Part shown: piece by piece, positions 9,098 through 19,636 of the stretch
How positions within the stretch are numbered: the stretch's first letter is position 1
Layout of the letters: each line of letters opens with the position of its first letter
Source of the DNA: an uncultured Thermoanaerobaculia bacterium
GTDB taxonomy: Bacteria; Acidobacteriota; UBA4820; DSQY01
Assembly: GCA_964507185.1 (NCBI GenBank)
Contig: CAZDOY010000013.1
Span: 6,079 to 70,078 of the forward strand
Direction: 5' to 3'
DNA: 64,000 nucleotides
Translations under genes and position numbers: made by a program
Notes under the pieces: generated by a model
What the model saw: only the letters and a program-made list of their open reading frames with translations
What the model was told of the DNA's origin: nothing
Databases searched by the model: none

Positions 9098-10036
9098 ATG
9101 AAATGTGCCATACTTTTTCCCGGTCAGGCTTCTCAGTACGTGGGTATGGGAAAAGCACTCTCGGAAGCGTTTCCCGAGGCACGCGCCGCCTTCAGCGAAG
9201 CCGACGAAGCCCTCGGAGAGGCTCTCACGGGCATCCTCTGGGACGGACCCGCGGACAGGCTTAATCTCACCGAAAATACCCAGCCTGGTGTTCTGACCGT
9301 TTCTCTGGCGGCGTGGTCCGTTTTCCACCGATCTCTCCCTGAGTTCGACCCCGCATTCCTCGCGGGGCATTCCTTGGGTGAGTACAGTGCGCTCGTCGCT
9401 TCGGGCAGCCTGAGCCTCTCAGATGCGGTCACCACGGTGCGCAAGCGGGGCTTGTTCATGCAGGATGCAGTTCCAGTGGGCGTAGGCGCCATGGCCGCGC
9501 TCATGGGTATCGAGCCCGATGCGGTCGCCGAGGCCTGCGCCCGGGCTGCCGAGGGAGAGATCGTCATCCCGGCGAACGACAATGCCCCCGGGCAAGTGGT
9601 CATAGCCGGGCACAAAACCGCTGTGGAGCGAGCGATCGCCCTCGCCAAAGAACGCGGGTGCAAGAGAGCCGTCCTGTTGCCCGTATCCGCGCCGTTTCAC
9701 TGTCCGCTCATGGCCCCAGCCCGCAAGCGTCTCGCGCCCGTTCTCGAAGCCCTTCCCATCCTCTCTCCACGCTGGCCTGTCATCTCCAACGTCGACGCCC
9801 TTCCCACCCGGACCGGAGAGGACGCCCGCCGCAAGCTGATTGCCCAGGTCGACTCCCCCGTCCGATGGAGGGACAGCCTCCTCCTCATGCAGTCCGAGGG
9901 GATCGACACGATCGTGGAAGTCGGCCCGGGGAAGGTGCTTACGGGCCTTGCAAAGAGGGTAAGCCGCGACTGGACGCTCTTGAACGTCGAAGACCCGGCC
10001 AGTCTTGAACAGACTCTCAACGAGCTTTCTAAGTAA
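9098..10036 (+). CDS. fabD: Malonyl-CoA:ACP transacylase
   Basis: FPGQASQ, GHSLGEYSAL and the His in PVSAPFHCPLM. Confidence 0.9.
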   Translation: MKCAILFPGQASQYVGMGKALSEAFPEARAAFSEADEALGEALTGILWDGPADRLNLTENTQPGVLTVSLAAWSVFHRSLPEFDPAFLAGHSLGEYSALVASGSLSLSDAVTTVRKRGLFMQDAVPVGVGAMAALMGIEPDAVAEACARAAEGEIVIPANDNAPGQVVIAGHKTAVERAIALAKERGCKRAVLLPVSAPFHCPLMAPARKRLAPVLEALPILSPRWPVISNVDALPTRTGEDARRKLIAQVDSPVRWRDSLLLMQSEGIDTIVEVGPGKVLTGLAKRVSRDWTLLNVEDPASLEQTLNELSK

Positions 10037-10048
10037 GGGAGAACGAGG

Positions 10049-10792
10049 ATGGGACGATTCGATAACAAAATTGCACTCGTCAGCGGCGCAGCGCAGGGCA
10101 TCGGCCTTGCAATAGCCGAACGGATCGCATCGGAGGGCGCCCTCGTATACGGTGCCGATCTTAATGCCGAAGGCATGGGCAAGACCGCCGAAGTACTGAA
10201 GGCCAAAGGGCTGAAGGTCGAACCACTCCAGCTCAACGTCTCCGACAGGGCTTCCTGTGAAGCTTCTGTCGATGCCGTCCTGAAGCGTTCCGAGAGGCTG
10301 GACTTCCTGGTCAACAACGCGGGGATCACGCGAGACAGCCTGCTCATGCGCATGAAGCCCGAGGACTGGGAAGCTGTCCTTTCCATAAACCTCACAGGCG
10401 CATTTCATCTCACGCAGTTCGCCATGCGCCCAATGATGTCCCAGCGCTTCGGGCGTATCGTGAACATCGCCTCAGTCGTCGGACTCATGGGGAACGCAGG
10501 CCAGGCCAACTACGTGGCCAGCAAGGCAGGCCTTATCGGCCTCACCAAAGTCATCGCCCGGGAGCTGGCATCCCGGAACGTCACGTGCAATGCGGTGGCG
10601 CCCGGTTTCATCGTTACGGCCATGACGGATAAGCTGGACGACAAGCAGAAGGACCAGATGGCGTCCATCATCCCCATGAAACGCTTCGGCTTACCTGAGG
10701 ACATCGCCAGGGCCGTCGCCTTCCTGGTCAGCGAGGATGCAGCCTACATCACGGGCCAGACGCTGTCTGTCAACGGCGGCATGTACATGTAA
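10049..10792 (+). CDS. fabG: 3-oxoacyl-ACP reductase (SDR)
   Basis: ALVSGAAQGIG Rossmann motif and the NAG...YxxxK SDR signature (YVASKAG). Confidence 0.85.
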   Translation: MGRFDNKIALVSGAAQGIGLAIAERIASEGALVYGADLNAEGMGKTAEVLKAKGLKVEPLQLNVSDRASCEASVDAVLKRSERLDFLVNNAGITRDSLLMRMKPEDWEAVLSINLTGAFHLTQFAMRPMMSQRFGRIVNIASVVGLMGNAGQANYVASKAGLIGLTKVIARELASRNVTCNAVAPGFIVTAMTDKLDDKQKDQMASIIPMKRFGLPEDIARAVAFLVSEDAAYITGQTLSVNGGMYM

Positions 10793-10820
10793 AATCCGTC
10801 CCGCAGGGGCGGATTTTAGG

Positions 10821-10907
10821 TGGTGCCGAAGGGGGGACTCGAACCCCCACAGCCTTGCGGCCGGCGGATTTTGAGTCCGCTGCGTCTACCGGTTCCGCCA
10901 CTTCGGC
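10821..10907 (-). tRNA. tRNA-Leu (anticodon CAA), class II with long variable arm
   Basis: The reverse complement reads GCCGAAGUGGCGGAACCGGUAGACGC...CUCAAAA anticodon loop...long variable arm...GGUUCGAGUCC T-arm...CUUCGGCACCA. The 7-bp acceptor stem is GCCGAAG/CUUCGGC. Confidence 0.85.
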
Positions 10908-11123
10908 CCAGCGGTATTCTAGATTTTCCGGGCCTTTCTGTCAATACGGCGCTCCCCGGCAGCCTCCTTCGCGTGTTCCATGATGGCCCAGCGCGACGCC
11001 GTTGCAGCTGTATCCTGCAACGGCCGTGACGGTGGAAGGGGCGAAGACCCGTCCGACTCACTTTTTCTTGGTGTTGCGAGTCTCCCGGTTCTATTCGGCT
11101 TTCAGGCCCCGGCTGGTCGCGGC

Positions 11124-11888
11124 CTACTCAACGCGTTCGATCAGTACGACGGTGACGTTATCCTCCCCGCCCCTGTCGTTCGCGAGGGCAATCAGCTTCC
11201 TACACGCATCTTCCAACCCGGCGGTATCTGCAAGGACGTCCCTGATGTCTTCATCCCTGACCATGCTGTTGAGCCCGTCGGTGCACAGGAGCAGGCGGCT
11301 TCCCGTCGGCATGGCGATTTCCGCCACATCCCCCTTGGCATGTTCTCTCGTGCCGAGGGCTTTCGTAATGACATTCCGGAAAGGATGCTGTTCGGCCTCA
11401 CTTTCGGTAAGGAAGCCCTGCCGGACCTGCTCCCCCACCCAGGAGTGGTCCATGGTCAAGACATGCAGTTCGGAATCATCCAAGAGGTACGCACGGCTGT
11501 CGCCAACGTGCGAGATGACGACCTTCTCGCCATTGCGCAGAGCTGCGACAACGGTAGTGCCCATCCCCCTCGACTCGGGGTGATCGGCCGCGTATGCCTG
11601 AATCCGGTCATTTGCCGCGGCTATTGCGGTCCTCAGCCTGTTGCCGTCGAATGACAGGCTTTCGTCATATTCATACGGCCATGTCGCGTCTTCCGAAAGA
11701 GAGTTCGTATCGAAAAAAGCGATGATTTCCTTGACGGCGAGCTGCGCGGCCACCTCGCCGGAGGAATGCCCACCCATCCCATCCGCAACGATATACAGGT
11801 TCTTCTCCGTGCGAATGGCAAAAGCATCTTCGTTGTTTACGCGTTTCTTTCCCACGTCGCTGAGGCCGAAGGATTCGAACCGACTCAT
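11124..11888 (-). CDS. PP2C-family Ser/Thr protein phosphatase
   Basis: GLSDVGKKRVNNEDAF...ADGMGGH...DNVTVV are PP2C motifs. The start is at the internal ATG MSRFES (11888), giving a 4-nt overlap with the upstream DnaJ gene. Confidence 0.8.
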   Translation of the reverse strand: MSRFESFGLSDVGKKRVNNEDAFAIRTEKNLYIVADGMGGHSSGEVAAQLAVKEIIAFFDTNSLSEDATWPYEYDESLSFDGNRLRTAIAAANDRIQAYAADHPESRGMGTTVVAALRNGEKVVISHVGDSRAYLLDDSELHVLTMDHSWVGEQVRQGFLTESEAEQHPFRNVITKALGTREHAKGDVAEIAMPTGSRLLLCTDGLNSMVRDEDIRDVLADTAGLEDACRKLIALANDRGGEDNVTVVLIERVE

Positions 11889-12538
11889 GGCTTCTTTCCA
11901 AAAAACGAAAATCCGGAGGATTTGCCCCCGCGGACCTTGTCCAGAAGCGATGCGATCTTTTCGTCTTTCGGATGAGAAGGCAACGCATTCTCCAGCAACC
12001 TCTGGGCCCTCAGGGCCTGACCGTTCTCGATGAGAAATGTGGCATATTGTATAACGTACGAAGCCGTGAATGGATCTCTCTCGATGGCTTCTTCCACCTG
12101 CGCCCCGCCTTCCGCCCGCCATTTGGGGAACTTCATCCTGATCATGCCTGCGTTGAACATGGACTCGACGTTTTCGGGATCCAACCGCAGAATGTGGTCG
12201 AAGACCGCAAGCGCGCCTCCCAGGTCGCCGGAGCGAAGACGGCTCTTGCCTTGTGGCAGAAGCTCCCTTACCTGTTCCGGAATCGACTTTTGTGCGGTCT
12301 TTGATTCGCCCGTCGAGAGGGACTGGTCGTACTTTGCACGGAGGTACGGCCGTCTCAACGTATTGTAGGCCTCCGTAATATCCTTGAGGACCGTCTCCGC
12401 CTCGGCCTTTCGCGTCTTCTCCTCAAAGCGGTCAGGGTGGTATTCCCGCACCAGCGCTCTGAACGCTTTGGAAATCTCTGCTTGGCTTGCCTGGGGCTCC
12501 AGCCCCAGGAGCTCATAGAAATTCTGTCCGTTCTCCAT
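11885..12538 (-). CDS. J-domain (DnaJ-like) protein with TPR-like C-terminus
   Basis: Its N-terminal J-domain is YELLGL...HPDR. Confidence 0.75.
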   Translation of the reverse strand: MENGQNFYELLGLEPQASQAEISKAFRALVREYHPDRFEEKTRKAEAETVLKDITEAYNTLRRPYLRAKYDQSLSTGESKTAQKSIPEQVRELLPQGKSRLRSGDLGGALAVFDHILRLDPENVESMFNAGMIRMKFPKWRAEGGAQVEEAIERDPFTASYVIQYATFLIENGQALRAQRLLENALPSHPKDEKIASLLDKVRGGKSSGFSFFGKKP

Positions 12539-12690
12539 GGCTTCCTAGATTAGCCCAAGGGCGAGGCGGATGCAAGCTTATGCCCGCACTGCGCCCTTAT
12601 GGGCGACAACTCCCCGGGCGTTCGCCCTTCCCGTGGCGGCCGAAACCGGGAGAATCCATGAAACATCATAACCGACCTGCTTCCCGGGGG

Positions 12691-13818
12691 CTATTTCCTA
12701 TAAGATACGGTCTTCTTGTTGTGACGGACCTCGTGCAGTTTTTTCGCTTCGCGCCGGACGACATCGCGGACGTTCTTGTCCTTAACCAGCAGTTTGAGAT
12801 CGAGATCCATCAGCCTGGAGATCAAAGGAAGCGCCAGTCCCGGCGGCACTTTCGGATTGAAAATCAGTCCCTTGATTACGGCGTACCTTTTCATCCAATC
12901 TGCATTGCGCACCATTTTCCTGAAGAGATCGGGCGGAAGATTCCTCATCCTCGCGAAAGCCTCCACCTCACCGTCCGTCAGCTTTGGAGAATCCAGGACC
13001 GATTCCTGAACGACCTTGTTATTGTCACGGATCAGCACTGAACGGGCTTCCTTGTTCCCCTTGAGCGCAAGCTCCATCTTCGCCGGAACAGGCATCTGGA
13101 GGATTTGCTGGTACAGGCTTCTGAAACTCTCCGGCGGAAGTGGTCCTTCAGCCGTGGCGAGTTCCAGAAGTTCCGCGGAGAGTTTGCTGGCGGCTTCTTC
13201 TAAAGCCGTGGCCGGTGCTTCTGTGGCTTCCTCCTCTTCTTCTTCACCGACCGGCCTTTTAAGCTCTCCGCCTGCAAGACCCAGCTTCAATCCGAATCGT
13301 AGCTCCAGCAGAGAAGGAATTTCCGGATTGTCCCTGAAGAACTGCTCCGCCAGGTCGAATATGCGCCTCACCTGGTTCGGGGAGAGGGATGGGTTTGCAA
13401 GGAGCGCAACGACGATGGAAGGCGACTCGATGAGGCGTATTTGATTGTCCAGCAGCATGTCCACGCCTTCATCCTTCGCATGCTGCGCGTACCATTCGAG
13501 CGTTTCATTCGAAGCCTTGCTGTTCTTGAGGGCAGCATCTCGGATTCTGTTGTTCTTTCCGAGGATTCTAATCGCAAAGTCCAACACCCGAGGATCGAAG
13601 GGGTGATCGGGCAGGACCTCCGTCCACTCCTGCTCGGTGACCTCCGCCAGGCTCTCCTTGCAGGCAAGACGGACCTCGTCGTCCGGATCCGTCCGCAACA
13701 AGATCCAGGCTTCGATCAGATCCTCCCGCGGGATCGGCAGCGCCCCCCTGGCCGCTGCCTTTCTCACCTGATCCGGTACCTGGCCGCTTAAAATGCGTTC
13801 GACGATCGGGTGGCTCAC
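12691..13818 (-). CDS. Hypothetical repeat protein, LRV/HEAT-like (NPxxP-containing helical repeats)
   Basis: It has repeats of the LANPSLSPNQV / IFNPKVPPGLAL type and an acidic EEEEEE linker. The start shares a 4-nt overlap with the rodZ-like gene. Confidence 0.5.
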   Translation of the reverse strand: MSHPIVERILSGQVPDQVRKAAARGALPIPREDLIEAWILLRTDPDDEVRLACKESLAEVTEQEWTEVLPDHPFDPRVLDFAIRILGKNNRIRDAALKNSKASNETLEWYAQHAKDEGVDMLLDNQIRLIESPSIVVALLANPSLSPNQVRRIFDLAEQFFRDNPEIPSLLELRFGLKLGLAGGELKRPVGEEEEEEATEAPATALEEAASKLSAELLELATAEGPLPPESFRSLYQQILQMPVPAKMELALKGNKEARSVLIRDNNKVVQESVLDSPKLTDGEVEAFARMRNLPPDLFRKMVRNADWMKRYAVIKGLIFNPKVPPGLALPLISRLMDLDLKLLVKDKNVRDVVRREAKKLHEVRHNKKTVSYRK

Positions 13819-14690
13819 TGCCCGCTCTCTTCCGTTCGTGGCCTCGGAATCAGGAAGTCCTTGATGACCCGTCCCTCGCCCGTCGGCAATTTGACGATCC
13901 TGCCCTTGAACACGATCTCCAGGCCGGCGGCATTGCCGATGTCGGCCTTGAACTCCTTTCCGTCAAAAGAGAGCCTCTCTCCCGGGGACAGCAGGCGGTA
14001 GACCTTTCGTTCGCCGTCCGCCCAGAGTCCAAGCCAGCAAGGTCGCAAGCATGTGATGACCAGATCGTCCTCCCCTGCCCGGTCCGCGGGCGCAACCGCG
14101 GAGGATCCCCGCGCCGGCGGTGGCCCCACCGGAGGCCCAGAAAGAGCTGAAGATGGAGCATTGACGGCCTCCAGGTTTCTGTTCGCCTGCCTCGGCTCGC
14201 GGGGTCCTGAATCAGTCATGGATTCATCCGGAACCGCAGGAAAAGCCTTCTGTTCATGCCCGGGGACCGGTGGGTTCTGAATTTCCAGGTGCGAATCAAA
14301 GGGAGGAAGCTCCATCCACCAGAGGGCCCCTGCGACCAGGGCCGCAAGCAGCACAAGTATGATCGCCCAGACCATCCACCAGGCGCTGTTTCGCCCCTGA
14401 TTCGCCGAACTCCGGCCGCCTTCCCGTACGGGCTCCGGTTCGGCCTGCTTTAGTTTCATAAAACGGGTGATAAAGGGTTCGGGATCGATCTCGAGCCTCC
14501 GGCTGTAGGCCTTGATAAACCCCACGACAAACACGTCCGGTGGCAGCTCTTCGAAGCGGCCGTTTTCGATCGCCTCGAGAATCGGCCGGCGTATCTTCGT
14601 GTCCCTGCACATGTCTTCGAGCGTGACCCCCGCAGCCCTTCGCCGATCGGTCAGGTCCTCCCCCAGCGCTTTTGCCATCTCCTCCGTCAT
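13815..14690 (-). CDS. rodZ: RodZ-like cytoskeleton protein (N-terminal HTH, TM segment, C-terminal DUF4115-like domain)
   Basis: XRE-type HTH (LGEDLTDRRRAAGVTLEDMCRDTKI), a single TM segment (WWMVWAIILVLLAALVAGALWW), a Pro-rich linker and a beta-rich C-terminal domain. Confidence 0.65.
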   Translation of the reverse strand: MTEEMAKALGEDLTDRRRAAGVTLEDMCRDTKIRRPILEAIENGRFEELPPDVFVVGFIKAYSRRLEIDPEPFITRFMKLKQAEPEPVREGGRSSANQGRNSAWWMVWAIILVLLAALVAGALWWMELPPFDSHLEIQNPPVPGHEQKAFPAVPDESMTDSGPREPRQANRNLEAVNAPSSALSGPPVGPPPARGSSAVAPADRAGEDDLVITCLRPCWLGLWADGERKVYRLLSPGERLSFDGKEFKADIGNAAGLEIVFKGRIVKLPTGEGRVIKDFLIPRPRTEESGQ

Positions 14691-15421
14691 GAGGACCTCC
14701 CAAGCCGGGTTTGGAGCATCCGCCTGAGTGCCTGAGGCACTTTTGGATCCGTCGCGAGATTCCTGACGTGATTCATGTTAAGAGAGCCGATAAATGGAAT
14801 GACAGCGGCAAGCGGCGTTCTCGCATTCCTTATCAGCCCTATTCTTACGTCTACCCTGGGAGACCACTTCGGGTCCCTGGCCACGGCCCCGAGCACAGGC
14901 GACGGCGTTCGGGGCTGGTTTATGAGAAAAAGCACGTCTTCCTCCACCAGTCTCGAATTCTTTAGCAGCGCCCTGATCACCTGGGGATCTTTTTCCTTCC
15001 TCATCGCCTTGAGCACCCGTCCGGCCGCCAGGCGTCCCAGCGTTATTTTCTCACCCGTAGCCATTGCGGGCAGACGCTGAAGCAGCACGGCCTCTGCCTG
15101 ATGGCGCACCTCCGTGCTCACCTTGAAATTCTGTATGGTGAGGTTCAAATCCCGCCAGAAAAGGAACTTCACCAGATTCATGGCCTCGCCGACAGGCGTG
15201 CTCGGATGGTTCACCAGGCTGAACTGTACGCGCAATGACCGCGCCCATTTGCTGTGCGCCACGCTGTTCAAAAAATTCTCGGGCAGGTCCGCCCGCTCCA
15301 GCACCTTGACGATGTGTCTTTCCCTGGTCGCGGGGTGAGTCACCAGGGAAGGCAGTTCGGAAACAGGAAGCCCCGGTAACTCCGCCCAGAGTTCATCTTC
15401 CGTCAGCGTGAGGTCCAGCAT
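14687..15421 (-). CDS. Hypothetical LRV (leucine-rich repeat variant)-like repeat protein
   Basis: It has four repeats matching L(I/V)xNP/HPxTPxxxL (LVNHPSTPVGEAMNLV, LINQPRTPSPVLGAVA, LIRNARTPLAAVIPFI, LATDPKVPQALRRML). The start is at the internal ATG (MLDLTL), preceded by GGAAGGAGG. It has a 4-nt overlap with rodZ. Confidence 0.5.
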   Translation of the reverse strand: MLDLTLTEDELWAELPGLPVSELPSLVTHPATRERHIVKVLERADLPENFLNSVAHSKWARSLRVQFSLVNHPSTPVGEAMNLVKFLFWRDLNLTIQNFKVSTEVRHQAEAVLLQRLPAMATGEKITLGRLAAGRVLKAMRKEKDPQVIRALLKNSRLVEEDVLFLINQPRTPSPVLGAVARDPKWSPRVDVRIGLIRNARTPLAAVIPFIGSLNMNHVRNLATDPKVPQALRRMLQTRLGRSS

Positions 15422-15503
15422 GGACCGCCTCCTTCCTGCAATTGTATTGCGGGATGCTTCCTTTAACAAGGCGGGCGGAGGATTTGAAGGCTTTTCAGGG
15501 CTT

Positions 15504-16514
15504 TCAGGACACCCTCTGCACGAGGTCCCGCTTCTGCCCGTCAGGCAGCAGTGAGGCCTGCGCTGCATAAGTCTGGCTCGCGGCAACGTCTTTCATGGTC
15601 CACCATCCGCGCCTGACGGCCCAGGACAGCTCACGACAGAGGGTCGTGCCAAAGAGCGCGGGGTCGTCGGTCCCCAGGGAAAGGTGGCTTCCCGCCGCCC
15701 ACAGGGCCTTCAGGGGATGTTCTTCCCTTCTCCCGACGGCACCGGTCTTGCGATTGCTGGTAGGGCACACCTCCAGGTGAACACGGCGCGCAACGACCTC
15801 GTCGAGGACCCTGGGATCCCTGGCTGCGGCAATTCCGTGCCCCAGCCTTGGCGGGGTAAACACTTCCAGCGCGGACATCACCTCTTCAGGGCCGAGGGTT
15901 TCGCCTGCATGAGGGATGACTGGAAAGCCGACCTCGCGGCACGCCCCGGCGAAGTCGCGAAAGATGCACGCCGGCGCAGAGGCTTCATCGCCCCCCAGGC
16001 CGAACGCAACAACCCCCTTGCCCCGAAGGGCGAGTGCCAGCTCCAGGTCTCGTTCCAGCATCGCGCGATCCCACTGACGCACCCCGTCCACGATGAGGCG
16101 GCAGGCTATGGGAGCAGAGGCGGTCCTTTCCGCTAACCGCCTGAGGCACGCCTCCGGCGGCAGCCCATGGCGTTCCCACACCGTGGGAGAGACCCTTATT
16201 TCGGCATAAATAACGCCTTGACGCTTCAGTCTCAGAACCACGCGGTCAAAAAGCCATAGGAGGTCGTCCGGCTCTCTGAGCAGGCCCACGAGCTGTCCGA
16301 AGTGCGAAAGGAAGTCCTGAAAAGAAGCGTGCCTGTAAAGCTGTCGTATCTCTTTCGGATCGGTATTCCTGTCCTTCCTAAAGGCGAGCGTCGACGCCTC
16401 GGCGGGGGAAATGCTCCCCTCCAGGTGGATGTGCAACTCGATTTTAGGCAGATGTGTGAGGTTCCGCCTCAATAGTGCTCGGCGGTCTGTTTGAAATCGT
16501 AATGCATAACCCAA
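15504..16514 (-). CDS. add: Adenosine deaminase
   Basis: LPKIELHIHLEGS, the HAGE motif (IPHAGETLG) and a C-terminal D in SLGTDDP. Confidence 0.8.
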   Translation of the reverse strand: MGYALRFQTDRRALLRRNLTHLPKIELHIHLEGSISPAEASTLAFRKDRNTDPKEIRQLYRHASFQDFLSHFGQLVGLLREPDDLLWLFDRVVLRLKRQGVIYAEIRVSPTVWERHGLPPEACLRRLAERTASAPIACRLIVDGVRQWDRAMLERDLELALALRGKGVVAFGLGGDEASAPACIFRDFAGACREVGFPVIPHAGETLGPEEVMSALEVFTPPRLGHGIAAARDPRVLDEVVARRVHLEVCPTSNRKTGAVGRREEHPLKALWAAGSHLSLGTDDPALFGTTLCRELSWAVRRGWWTMKDVAASQTYAAQASLLPDGQKRDLVQRVS

Positions 16515-16834
16515 CGGTAAACCTTGAGATCGACGGGCACATCAAAGTGAGCCTCCATGTTAATGTACGCGCCTTGCCGGCTTACCTTGATATCCTTGGA
16601 AGTGATCGGCAGGTTCAGTTCCTTGGCCTTGTCCAGAAGGTCCTTGACCATCTGGTCGTGACTCCTGTTCCAACAGTCCTCTCGGGAGTACTGCGTCATG
16701 AAATCCTTGAACTGGTATGCATTGACGCGTGGTGGGACGGCCTTGACGAGCACGAAGATGATCGCCGCCACGATGATGACCATGAGGAGAAGAGCCAACC
16801 TGCCTTCACCGCGTTCCCGTCTATCCATCGACAA
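16469..16834 (-). CDS. Small membrane-anchored hypothetical protein (121 aa)
   Basis: Single N-terminal TM segment (LALLLMVIIVAAIIFVLV). It sits between valS and add on the same strand and overlaps the add start by 46 nt. Confidence 0.45.
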   Translation of the reverse strand: MSMDRRERGEGRLALLLMVIIVAAIIFVLVKAVPPRVNAYQFKDFMTQYSREDCWNRSHDQMVKDLLDKAKELNLPITSKDIKVSRQGAYINMEAHFDVPVDLKVYRWVMHYDFKQTAEHY

Positions 16835-16877
16835 CCTCCTAAGGCTACTGAGATTCTATGAATCAAAACAGCTGCTG

Positions 16878-19550
<2,673 letters not shown>

Positions 19551-19636
19551 GGGCGCCTCTCAGGGGTGCAGGATACACGAAAAACAGGGGCGAACCCCTG
19601 TTCTCGCGGAACCTGTGGGTGCATATTCCTGGCGGT

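Noticed and set aside
10998-11024. Perfect 10-bp stem hairpin GCCGTTGCAG-ctgtatc-CTGCAACGGC between the tRNA-Leu and the PP2C gene
   Set aside because: No U-tract follows on either strand, so it is not a classical intrinsic terminator. Its function is unclear.
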